Below are positions 24,821 through 33,491 of a stretch of DNA of 64,000 nt, one piece after another. The DNA is from Christensenella sp. (lineage in GTDB: Bacteria; Bacillota; Clostridia; Christensenellales; CAG-138), in contig JAYFPQ010000065.1 in NCBI GenBank assembly GCA_034927595.1, forward strand, positions 2,994 to 66,993, written 5' to 3'. The position numbers and the translations under genes were made by a program. Each line of letters opens with the position of its first letter. Position 1 is the first letter of the stretch. The notes beneath the pieces are model-generated. The model searched no databases. It was not told where the DNA came from and worked only from the letters and a program-made list of their open reading frames with translations.

Positions 24821-27800
24821 ATGGACGATCGAGTGGGTATCTCCGGTGGATTGGACGCGCATTATGCGGAGTTTGCCAGGAGCATTGGCGTATCCGTAAA
24901 GCAATTGCGCGCCTGGACGGCGAAGACGAAATTCGACACGGAGTTTCTCGCGCAGTTTGGCCACCGCGTGTCCTGCACGGCGGTTGCGGCGTTTTGCGAG
25001 CCGGTGATCAAGCGCTTTGGCGAGCTGCCGACCGAAGGGCTGCTGCCGTATACCTACGAGGCGCTCTCCGTGGGCTTATACCCGTATTCCGGCGCGCCGC
25101 GCTCCACAAAGGGGCAAAAGATCGCGCAGAAGTTCTATCTTTCGGTGCTTTCGCGCCTGCTCGACGCGGAGCGGGACCAAGCGTTTGACCCGCTGCTGGA
25201 CTATCTGCCCGTTACGGAAGCGGAGCTGGAAAAAAGCGCCGTCCGCGCGCAATGCATTGTGTTTTCGGACGTGATGAAGAAGAGCAACTACCGTGAACTC
25301 CTTCGCATCGGCAAGGAGATTATGCGATTTGACCCCGCCGGGCATACCTTTGGCGTTCGGCATGTTGCCGTGCACATGGCGCGTCAGGCCGCCGCCGCAG
25401 GGCTTCCAGCGGACGTTGCGCTGGTGGCAGCCGCCGCGCTGAGCCACGACATCGGTAAGTTCGGCTGCCGCGGCGAGGACATGGGGCGCATTCCGTATCT
25501 GCACTATTATTACACCTGGAAGTGGCTCGAAGAGCGCGCCATGCCGGACATTGCGCATATCGCGGCGAACCACTCCACCTGGGATTTGGAGTTTGAAAAC
25601 CTGCCAATCGAGTCCCTGCTTTTAATCTACGCGGACTTTCGCGTTCGTGCGGAGGCGGGGGAGGACGGCAAGGACAAGACCATCGTCGGCACGCTGCAGG
25701 AGGCGCGGGATCGCATCTTCGTCAAGCTCGCGGACATGACGCCGGAAAAGAAGCTACGGTACGAAACGGTCTATCGCAAGCTGGACGATTTTGAGCGCTA
25801 TCTGGAGACGCACGGCGTCGGCACAAACGTCTTTGCCAGTTCGTTTGGCCTGCCGGAGAGCCGCGACGCGGCACTGCTGACTCAGGGCGAGGTCATTCGC
25901 GCGCTGACGAACCATGCGTTCGACAACAACATTCACCTGATGCATACGATTTCGGTCAGCGATTCGTTCGAGGCGCTGCTGGAGCAGGCGAGGGACGAAA
26001 AGAACCTGAACCGGATTCGCACCTACCTGATGCTGTTTGAAGAATACAGCACCTATATGACGCGCACGCATAAGCTGCTAACGTTGCGGTTTCTCTACGA
26101 ACTGCTCATGCACCACGACGGGGACGTTCGCCGCCACGCGGGGCGCATTATGGGCAGCATTCTCGCCAACTCCGGCCCGCGTTATCGAAAGGAACTGCCG
26201 CGCGGGGCGGGGTCGCTCGCGATTGCTCCGGCGCTGCACGCGGTGCTCAGCGAGAGCACGACGCTTTGGGACGACTACATTGAACTCTGCCTGCATCCGG
26301 ACTATAAGATTTCGCAAAAGCACGCCTCGCGCATCAGCAATTCACTCAAAACCATCTCCGGTAGCCTGTTTGCAAATTGCTCGCCCGAGGAGCGGCGCGG
26401 CTACTGGGAAAAGCTCTGCCGCCGGATTCTTTCGAGCGGCAGCGAGGAGTTGTTTGTGCTCATGGACACCCTGCCGCACATTCCGCAGAGCGTGATGACG
26501 CGCCTGGAAATCGAGCGCATGCTGCCGATTCTCGCGGGCGCGGCGGGTTCCATCGATGCGCGGATTCGCATCTGCGCCCTTCGCGCCATCCGCGCGGTTG
26601 TGGACGGGGACACGACGCTGCTCAAGCGCGGCGTGGAGGCGGTGCACCTTTCGTCGGACGCGGAGTTTGCCTCCGTCTGGATGCTCAACCGCCTGCGTCG
26701 GGAAGCAGGACTGTCGCCGCTGCCCGAACCGTCGTTTCCGGTTGCGGAAATCTATCTGGCAAACCTCAAGAGCAGCATTCCCTGGACAATGAAGCTCGCG
26801 CACATCGACCGGCTCTGCGAGTCCGTGCTGGAAAACGCGGACGAGGCGTTTCATATTGCGATGCATTTGAGCAACCTGCTCTCGGTCAGCGAGCACCTTC
26901 CGGTGCGCGAGCGTGCGGGGCAGGCGCTGGTGGAGATTTCCTCCGTGCTCTCGGTCGACCAGAAGAACGAAATCATGATCGACCTGCTGCGCGAGCTCGA
27001 GACCGGACAAAACGAAATCTCCGGCTACATTCCGCCCTACCTGGGGCGGCTGGTCTGCAACGTGCCGGAAAAGGAGATGGACGAGGCAATCGACTACCTG
27101 CAGGGGCTGATTCGCGCGTCCAATACGCGCGCGGCCCGCGCGGCGCTCGTTACGCTCTCCGTGATTCTAACGATCTATACCGCCGAAAACGGCGCGCGGA
27201 CGGACGCGGTGACCGAGCGCATCTTCGGCCTGCTGCTCACGGGCGTTGCGCATTTTGACGACGACATTCGCCTGACTGCGCTGGAGGCGATCTGCCGCAA
27301 CTACTTTGGAAACGACGATTGCCCGCTGCCCGCGCGGCGCGCCTGCCTCGTTCGATTCGGCAAAAAGCTCTTAACGCTGCTTGGCGAGCGGCGGGACGGC
27401 ATGCTCGCGTTCTTCAACGAAGCGGCGATGCTCAACCATCTCTACCGCTTCATCACGCTCTGCGAAACGAGCGGCGGCTTCACCTTTGAACCGCTCAAGC
27501 CGGTTGCGTTCTTTCCCGGCACGTTCGACCCGTTTTCCGCCGGGCACAAGCGCATTGTCGAGGAAATCGTCGTGCGCGGGTTTGAGGTGTACCTCTCAGT
27601 GGACGAGTTCAGCTGGAGCAAGCGCACGCTGGCAAAGCTGCTGCGGCGCGAAATCGTCAGCATGTCTGCCGCGTTTTTGCCGGACGTGTACCTCTTTCCA
27701 GACGAGATACCGGTCAACCTCGCCGTCGTGGACGACCTCAAGAAGCTCGGTTCGCTGTTTCGCGACCGCGAAATCTATCTCGTCGCCGGAAGCGACGTCA

Positions 27801-29482
27801 TTCTCAACGCGAGCGCCTATCGCCAGACCGGCCCCGGCACGGCGGCAACCTGGAACCACATTCTCTTTTTGCGCGTGGACACGGCGCACCAAAACGACCC
27901 GCGCCGCGCGGAGGACATCCTGCGCGGGAAGGTTGTTTCGCTGACGAGTCCGGCCTATTACGAGAGCGCGAGCAGCACGCAGATTCGCGACTACATCGAC
28001 AAGGATATGGACATCGGCATGCTGGTTGACCCCGTCGTGCAGGACTATATCTACGCGCGCGGGCTCTATCTAAGGATGCCGCAGTACAAGCGCGAGCTCA
28101 ACGAAATTGAGAAGAACCGCTGCGAGGTGCGCGAAACCGGCGAGGAATACAACGGCGTCTATCGCGACGATGCGGGCGGCGTGCTCGCGCACGTGAATTC
28201 CCGCAGCGTGAGCGTAACCGACCTGTACGACGTGCTCGGCGAGATGCGCCGCGCGGCGGAGACCGTGCGCCGGCTCGCTTCCGGACGGATCATCTGGATC
28301 ACGGAGACGAGCGGGGAAGGCGAGCCGCTTCGCGCGCTGCTCTGCGACCTGCTTGCGCGCTCGCTGATTCGCGAGCACACCTACGCGCTCTACCGCTGCG
28401 GAAGCGACGCGGAGCGCGAAATTGCGCAGCAACTCGGCTTTTTGCCCGTCTCCGGGCAGGAGTCGCTGCTGTATGCGGATATGCGCGCGCCGATCGTGCT
28501 GCTGGAGGACACGCTCCAGCGCATCAAGGAGCCGTTCGACACGGACGAGGCCGTCCGCGAGGCGGTGATGTCCACGCGGCCCGCGCTGCGCCGCTCGATC
28601 TGCGCCATGTTCCCCGGAACGCTGCTGTTGAGCTTCGACATGGAGGCGATCAACGCAGGGCTGATTGAGAAGGTTCGCGCGTACAACGGCGTTTCCAACG
28701 TGCCGCCGACGGAAAAGACGCTCGGTCGGGCCATGTGCGTGCCCTACGGCAAGGTGCTGGCCGAAACGATTGTGCCAAACACCGTGACCAAGGCGCTCCA
28801 CGCGGATAAGGCGTTCCATGCCAACGAGAGCGGATTTGACATTACGGAATCCCCCGGTTACTCGCCGCTGGTCAACCAGATCAAGACGCTCAAGTCCTTC
28901 CGCCGTCCCGTGCTGTTGATTGACGATCTGCTGCACAACGGCTATCGCCTTGAAAAGCTCGATCCGTTGTTCCGGCAGGAGGGCGTTGAGATTGAGCGGA
29001 TCATCGTTGGCATTTTGTCCGGTCGCGGGCTGGATTTGATGCGCGAGCAGAAGCGAAATGTGGACTGTGAATACTTCATTCCAAACATGCTCTACTGGTT
29101 CACGGAGAGCCTGATATACCCGTTTATCGGCGGGGACAGCGTCGAGGGCGCGATTGTTGAGCGCGATTTTCCGCCGAGCATCAACCTGATTTTGCCGTAC
29201 CAGTACCCCAAATATCTGCACGGCGCGCCGCCGTCCACCGTAAGGGAATATTCGCGCGTCGCGTTGCGAAACACGCTGACGATCATGACCGTTCTGGAGG
29301 AACGCTACCTGAAGCTCCAGGGGACCGGACTCACGCTGCGCCGACTTGGTGAGGCGTTACTGCGCCCGCGCCTGCCGGATAAGGGAACGCACATGAAATA
29401 CGACCTCAACACCGTCGCTTCGGCGTATATCAAGGACGATATCCGCCAGATGCGTCGAATCTCCCATGCGGAGGATGTGTAA
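24821..29482 (+). CDS. 1553-aa multidomain protein: HD phosphohydrolase, helical (HEAT/ARM-like) repeats, NadD/HIGH-type nucleotidyltransferase, unassigned middle domain, PRTase-like C-terminus
   Basis: GGAGGG RBS. HD motif H181...SHDIGK (nt 25442-25459). Nucleotidyltransferase motifs GTFDPFSAGH (nt 27518-27547) and SSTQIR (nt 27971-27988). PRPP-loop-like RRPVLLIDDLLHNGYR (nt 28901-28948). A single uninterrupted ORF. Confidence 0.85.
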   Translation: MDDRVGISGGLDAHYAEFARSIGVSVKQLRAWTAKTKFDTEFLAQFGHRVSCTAVAAFCEPVIKRFGELPTEGLLPYTYEALSVGLYPYSGAPRSTKGQKIAQKFYLSVLSRLLDAERDQAFDPLLDYLPVTEAELEKSAVRAQCIVFSDVMKKSNYRELLRIGKEIMRFDPAGHTFGVRHVAVHMARQAAAAGLPADVALVAAAALSHDIGKFGCRGEDMGRIPYLHYYYTWKWLEERAMPDIAHIAANHSTWDLEFENLPIESLLLIYADFRVRAEAGEDGKDKTIVGTLQEARDRIFVKLADMTPEKKLRYETVYRKLDDFERYLETHGVGTNVFASSFGLPESRDAALLTQGEVIRALTNHAFDNNIHLMHTISVSDSFEALLEQARDEKNLNRIRTYLMLFEEYSTYMTRTHKLLTLRFLYELLMHHDGDVRRHAGRIMGSILANSGPRYRKELPRGAGSLAIAPALHAVLSESTTLWDDYIELCLHPDYKISQKHASRISNSLKTISGSLFANCSPEERRGYWEKLCRRILSSGSEELFVLMDTLPHIPQSVMTRLEIERMLPILAGAAGSIDARIRICALRAIRAVVDGDTTLLKRGVEAVHLSSDAEFASVWMLNRLRREAGLSPLPEPSFPVAEIYLANLKSSIPWTMKLAHIDRLCESVLENADEAFHIAMHLSNLLSVSEHLPVRERAGQALVEISSVLSVDQKNEIMIDLLRELETGQNEISGYIPPYLGRLVCNVPEKEMDEAIDYLQGLIRASNTRAARAALVTLSVILTIYTAENGARTDAVTERIFGLLLTGVAHFDDDIRLTALEAICRNYFGNDDCPLPARRACLVRFGKKLLTLLGERRDGMLAFFNEAAMLNHLYRFITLCETSGGFTFEPLKPVAFFPGTFDPFSAGHKRIVEEIVVRGFEVYLSVDEFSWSKRTLAKLLRREIVSMSAAFLPDVYLFPDEIPVNLAVVDDLKKLGSLFRDREIYLVAGSDVILNASAYRQTGPGTAATWNHILFLRVDTAHQNDPRRAEDILRGKVVSLTSPAYYESASSTQIRDYIDKDMDIGMLVDPVVQDYIYARGLYLRMPQYKRELNEIEKNRCEVRETGEEYNGVYRDDAGGVLAHVNSRSVSVTDLYDVLGEMRRAAETVRRLASGRIIWITETSGEGEPLRALLCDLLARSLIREHTYALYRCGSDAEREIAQQLGFLPVSGQESLLYADMRAPIVLLEDTLQRIKEPFDTDEAVREAVMSTRPALRRSICAMFPGTLLLSFDMEAINAGLIEKVRAYNGVSNVPPTEKTLGRAMCVPYGKVLAETIVPNTVTKALHADKAFHANESGFDITESPGYSPLVNQIKTLKSFRRPVLLIDDLLHNGYRLEKLDPLFRQEGVEIERIIVGILSGRGLDLMREQKRNVDCEYFIPNMLYWFTESLIYPFIGGDSVEGAIVERDFPPSINLILPYQYPKYLHGAPPSTVREYSRVALRNTLTIMTVLEERYLKLQGTGLTLRRLGEALLRPRLPDKGTHMKYDLNTVASAYIKDDIRQMRRISHAEDV

Positions 29483-29486
29483 GCCG

Positions 29487-30731
29487 ATGAAGTATTACCG
29501 ATACCGCGATGTCTGTCTCTGCCCCTGCGGCGGAGCGCTGCCGGACGGCGCAATTCCGGCGGATGAGCCGTTTGCGCCACTTGTGCTGCTCGTTTGGCGC
29601 GATCCGCTCATAAACCGCGGCTTGTTCGCGATTCGTGATCTTGCGGAGCTGGACGAGCCGGAAGGAATCCGCTTGCTGCTACCCGTAAAACCGGCGGAGC
29701 AGACGGAGGCGCTCGCACGGTTCGTTGCAGAGCATGGCGCCTGCGTAGCAAACACTGCGTTCTCGCGCTGGTTTCGTGTGCTGGAGGCGTACCGCTGGAC
29801 GATTGGCGTCAAAAAGAAGGTCAATCTCGTCGGCTTGGGCAACGTCGGCGGCACGACGGCAACGGCGCTGAAGCTGCTCGGCAGCGACCTTTCCGAAATC
29901 GGGCTGTACGATACGGACTTTAACAAGCGTCTGCGCTACGAGGCCGAGCTGAATCAGGTATTGCCCATCCAGGACGGCGAACCCCTGCCGAATATCGTGC
30001 TGGAAGACAACGATCATCTATTTCGCTGTGACGCAGTGCTCTTTACCGCCGCGCAGTTCGTTCCGGACGTGGGCGAGGAAAGCGGAAAAGATGTGCGCAT
30101 GATGCAGTATCAGGCAAACCGCGAACTGCTGCGCGACTACGCGCGGCAAGCGCGCGAGGCGGATTTTCTCGGCCTGTTTGCGCAGATCTCCGACCCCGTC
30201 GATCACTTAAGCCGCGCGGTGTTTCTCATGAGCAATCAAGATGAGCGCGGGGAGTTCGACTGGAACGGACTGTTGCCAGAGCAGGTACGCGGGTTCGGAC
30301 TTGGCGTCATGCACGCGCGGGCAATCTTCTGCGCACGGCAGGAGGGGGTGCACGACGAACGCATCTGCGCGTTTGGGCCGCATGGCAAGGGCCTCGTCGT
30401 AGCAAACGCGCCGGACGATGGGTATACCGACGATCTATCCCGCTTTCTCACCAAAAGGGCGGAGGAAGCGAATCTCGAAATCCGCAAGATCGGCTACAAG
30501 CCGTATATCGCGCCGGGGATATCCTCTGCGGCGGTCTCGGTGCTCCGTGCGTTGCGCGGGCAGTGGCACGACGCGGCGGTGCCGATGGGCGGCGCTTACT
30601 TTGGCTGCCGCGCGCGCTTTGGTCGAAACGGGCCGGAGATGCTCCGCCAGCCGCTGCACGAGCAGCTGGTCGCGCGGATCGAGGAGAGCTACGATATGCT
30701 GCGGGAGTTTGACGTAAGATGGGCAGACTGA
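29487..30731 (+). CDS. LDH/MDH-superfamily dehydrogenase-like protein with a roughly 115-aa N-terminal extension
   Basis: GGAGGA RBS overlaps the end of the upstream gene. Rossmann motif KVNLVGLGNVGGTTATALKLLG. LDH-like blocks FGLGVMHARAIF and AFGPHGKGLVV. Starts 5 nt after the upstream stop. Confidence 0.75.
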   Translation: MKYYRYRDVCLCPCGGALPDGAIPADEPFAPLVLLVWRDPLINRGLFAIRDLAELDEPEGIRLLLPVKPAEQTEALARFVAEHGACVANTAFSRWFRVLEAYRWTIGVKKKVNLVGLGNVGGTTATALKLLGSDLSEIGLYDTDFNKRLRYEAELNQVLPIQDGEPLPNIVLEDNDHLFRCDAVLFTAAQFVPDVGEESGKDVRMMQYQANRELLRDYARQAREADFLGLFAQISDPVDHLSRAVFLMSNQDERGEFDWNGLLPEQVRGFGLGVMHARAIFCARQEGVHDERICAFGPHGKGLVVANAPDDGYTDDLSRFLTKRAEEANLEIRKIGYKPYIAPGISSAAVSVLRALRGQWHDAAVPMGGAYFGCRARFGRNGPEMLRQPLHEQLVARIEESYDMLREFDVRWAD

Positions 30732-31804
30732 TCGTCGTCGAAAATCCGAATAATGACCGCTTGAATTCCGTACTCGCGTTTGCGCTGGACGGCGTTGCGC
30801 ATGAGCGCGTGCCCGTATCGGAGGCGGTGTCCCGCCTGCGGGGCGAGCGGGTGCTCTTTGCGTTGAGTTTGAGTGAGCACGGATTGGACGCGGAGCTCTG
30901 CGCGCTGATTGCCGCGCTCAGACAGAACCCGACCGCGATGGAGGGCTCTATTGGTGCAATGCTTGTGGACGGCGCGGGCGAACTGTATACCAAACAAATG
31001 GCGGACATGCTCGCGTTCGCGGCAAACGGCGCGGGCTGCCTCTTTCCGGGCAAGCCGCTCGTGGAGGCGACCGCCTCGCTCGACAACTGGCGCGTGCAGG
31101 CGTCGCGACGGAACGTGGAACCCGCGGAGGCGTATACACAGTCCGCGCGGGAGCTCGTGCAGCGGCTTGCGTCCTGCGCGCCAAAACAGACGGATCGTCC
31201 GAAGGTACTGCTGCTGCACGCCTCCGACCGATCCACCTCCAACACGCTCCAAATCGGCTCGGCCATTGCCGCGCGGCTCGAGAACGACTGCGACATTCGC
31301 GAAATCTCGCTGCAAAACGGCGCAATTTACGACTGCCGGGGTTGCTCGTATACCACCTGCGCGCACTTTGCGCGGCAGAACAGCTGCTTCTACGGCGGCG
31401 TGATCACAAACGATGTGTATCCCGCCATCAACGAGTGCGACGCGCTGTTGCTGCTCTGCCCAAACTACAACGACAGCGTGAGCGCAAACATTCTCGCGTT
31501 CATCAACCGCCTGACCAGCGTGCTGGTCTATAATTCGCTCTACGACAAGTACCTCTATTCCATCATCGTCTCCGGCTACAGCGGGGGGGATCTGATTGCG
31601 CAGCAGGTGCTCGGCGCGCTTTGCCTGAACAAGACCTTTATGCTGCCGCCGCGGTTTGCCTTTCTGCAAACAGCGAATAACCCAGGCGAGGCGATGGAGG
31701 CAGAGGGGATTCTAGAGCGAATCGACGCATTTGCAGAGCAGATGCGAAACACCATGTGCACGCCGTCCGGCGGAACCGGGCTTGCGAAACAACATGTCAC
31801 ATGA
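30719..31804 (+). CDS. tandem flavodoxin-fold protein; the C-terminal half is NAD(P)H-FMN reductase / iron-sulfur flavoprotein-like
   Basis: The start overlaps the upstream gene by 13 nt. The C-terminal half has KVLLLHASDRSTSNT, CRGCSYTTCAHFARQNSC and ALLLLCPNYNDSVSA. Confidence 0.7.
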   Translation: MGRLIVVENPNNDRLNSVLAFALDGVAHERVPVSEAVSRLRGERVLFALSLSEHGLDAELCALIAALRQNPTAMEGSIGAMLVDGAGELYTKQMADMLAFAANGAGCLFPGKPLVEATASLDNWRVQASRRNVEPAEAYTQSARELVQRLASCAPKQTDRPKVLLLHASDRSTSNTLQIGSAIAARLENDCDIREISLQNGAIYDCRGCSYTTCAHFARQNSCFYGGVITNDVYPAINECDALLLLCPNYNDSVSANILAFINRLTSVLVYNSLYDKYLYSIIVSGYSGGDLIAQQVLGALCLNKTFMLPPRFAFLQTANNPGEAMEAEGILERIDAFAEQMRNTMCTPSGGTGLAKQHVT

Positions 31805-31992
31805 TAGAATTTTTCCGTGCGAGAGGCTCGCATAATCCAGCATAAAGGAAGTGTCTTTTTGATCGTTGTTCGGTAGGAAACACAGACTCCGCGTTCGAGA
31901 GAAGGGGATTCTATTTGAGTTACTCAATTTCGAATGCGCGCGTTTCATACCAGACAGCACCAGCCGCGACACGAGAGATCGCATTATAGACG

Positions 31993-32020
31993 GCATGGAG
32001 CTCTGTTCCATGCGTTTTTT
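31993..32020 (+). terminator. intrinsic terminator/attenuator
   Basis: GCATGGA-GCTCTGT-TCCATGC followed by GTTTTTT. It lies 75 nt upstream of the methyltransferase start. Confidence 0.55.
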
Positions 32021-32094
32021 GTTCTTTGGGGTTCTATTTAGATGAAACGCAATGCACAGGAGGACGAAAATCAATCGTTGAAAGGAAAGAAAAC

Positions 32095-32817
32095 ATGCAA
32101 TACAAACTGGCAACCAAGTTCGACAAGGACTTTTTAAAGGAAAACATCATGGGGCCGAACCCGGTTAAGCTGCTCGAAGAAGCGCTAACGCTGTTTCCGC
32201 TAGAGGCGGGCGGCACGGTGCTCGACCTCGGCTGCGGGCGAGGAGTTACCTCGATCATGCTCGCAAAGGAATATGGTCTGCGGGTGTTCGCAACCGATCT
32301 TTGGATCACCGCGACGGATAACTTCCGGCGGTTTACCGAAGCCGGGCTGACGCGCGAGCAGATCGTCGCCATCCATGCGGACGCGCACGAGCTACCCTAC
32401 GCGGAGGAGTTCTTCGACGCGGCGGTCTGCATCGACTCGTACCAGTACTTTGGGTTGGACCCGGAGTATCTCGGCAAACACCTGCTTCCACTCGTCAAGC
32501 ACGGCGGCAAGCTGATTCTGCTCGCGCCGGGGTTTCGAAAGGACGTCCACGAGAATCTGCCACCGGAACTGCTGCTCTCCTGGACACCGGAGGCGCTGGA
32601 CACAATTCACGACTGCGAACATTGGCGAAAGGTGATCTCGGCGACGGAGGGAATCAAGATTCTCGCCCTTCAGGAGCTGGATCGGGAGCACTTTGACGAA
32701 TGCTGGCAGGAATGGCTGGATACGGACAACGAATATGCCGTTGGCGACCGCGTTTCCATGAACGCCGGCGCGGGAGACTGGATGAACTTCGTGCTCATCG
32801 CGCTTCGCCGTCTGTAA
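32095..32817 (+). CDS. class I SAM-dependent methyltransferase
   Basis: Motif I VLDLGCGRGVTS. Post-I and motif II regions (VFATDL, AVCIDSYQYF). Start placed at MQYKLATKF with an AAAGGA RBS. Confidence 0.8.
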   Translation: MQYKLATKFDKDFLKENIMGPNPVKLLEEALTLFPLEAGGTVLDLGCGRGVTSIMLAKEYGLRVFATDLWITATDNFRRFTEAGLTREQIVAIHADAHELPYAEEFFDAAVCIDSYQYFGLDPEYLGKHLLPLVKHGGKLILLAPGFRKDVHENLPPELLLSWTPEALDTIHDCEHWRKVISATEGIKILALQELDREHFDECWQEWLDTDNEYAVGDRVSMNAGAGDWMNFVLIALRRL

Positions 32818-32900
32818 ACGTCAGCACAAGGCAATCAAAAAAACGCGCTTCGGATGGTTCCGAGGCGCGTTCTTGATTTTAATTCTTACTTATTGATGAT

Positions 32901-33491
32901 TTACGACTCCGGTTCCGGCTCCGGTTCCCGCTCGGCGGGGATGCCAAGCGCGATGAGCTTGCCCGCGAGCAGGCGCGCAAAGCTCGCCGCAACCGCCGCG
33001 CCGATGATGAGGTCGTTGACCTCCGCGCCGGTGTTGCTCTCCGGGTCAAAGATCGGTTCCGCGCTCGCTTTGGCCTGCTGAACCACGTAGCGGGAGATGC
33101 GCAGGTACGACGCAATGAAACGATCATATTCCGCGTGAATCAGCGCTTCGTCGTCCGGCGGAAGCATGCTTGCCACCGCGGCCATGCCGATGGTCTGCTT
33201 CATCGTGCAGATCATAAGCAACAGCGCAATGTGCTTTCTGCCGTACTTTTTGCGAACGGGCGCGGGCAACAGGCGCTGCTTGACGTAGTTGTTTACCATG
33301 GAGGGCGTGAGCAGCTTCTCCTCACTCGGATCGTACACGAAGAAGCCGAGGTATTGATTAATCAGCCCGATCACCTGATCCATATACAACGCGATTTTCG
33401 GCAGTTCATCCCAACTGGGCAGCCGAAAACCATCCAAGAATCGTTCCCAGCGGAGCAGTTTGTCCGCGACAACCGTTTTGTCGTACTGCAT
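32901..33491 (-). CDS. DUF1836 domain protein
   Basis: AGGAGGG RBS. Family-like block LTPSMVNNYVKQRLLPAPVRKKYGRKHIALLLMI. Divergent from a DegV gene, which is the usual arrangement. Confidence 0.8.
   Translation of the reverse strand: MQYDKTVVADKLLRWERFLDGFRLPSWDELPKIALYMDQVIGLINQYLGFFVYDPSEEKLLTPSMVNNYVKQRLLPAPVRKKYGRKHIALLLMICTMKQTIGMAAVASMLPPDDEALIHAEYDRFIASYLRISRYVVQQAKASAEPIFDPESNTGAEVNDLIIGAAVAASFARLLAGKLIALGIPAEREPEPEPES

Noticed and set aside
28070-29221. 383-aa minus-strand ORF inside the giant gene; also 30689-31669 (326 aa, minus strand) inside the third operon gene, and 40710-41822 (370 aa, minus strand) inside the FtsX permease
   Set aside because: These are antisense to ORFs that have RBSs, motifs and normal composition, and they are Arg/His/Leu-rich themselves. 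I therefore do not treat them as overlapping genes, although only ribosome profiling could exclude them formally.
24821-29482. Giant HD plus nucleotidyltransferase protein as a CBASS-like or other nucleotide-signalling phage-defence system
   Set aside because: The transferase has HIGH/ISST motifs (NadD, CoaD, TagD class), not the Pol-beta/cGAS-DncV-type fold motifs. No effector-like gene (nuclease, TIR, patatin, TM toxin) is adjacent, and the partners are redox enzymes. A metabolic or cofactor role fits better, but defence is not formally excluded.
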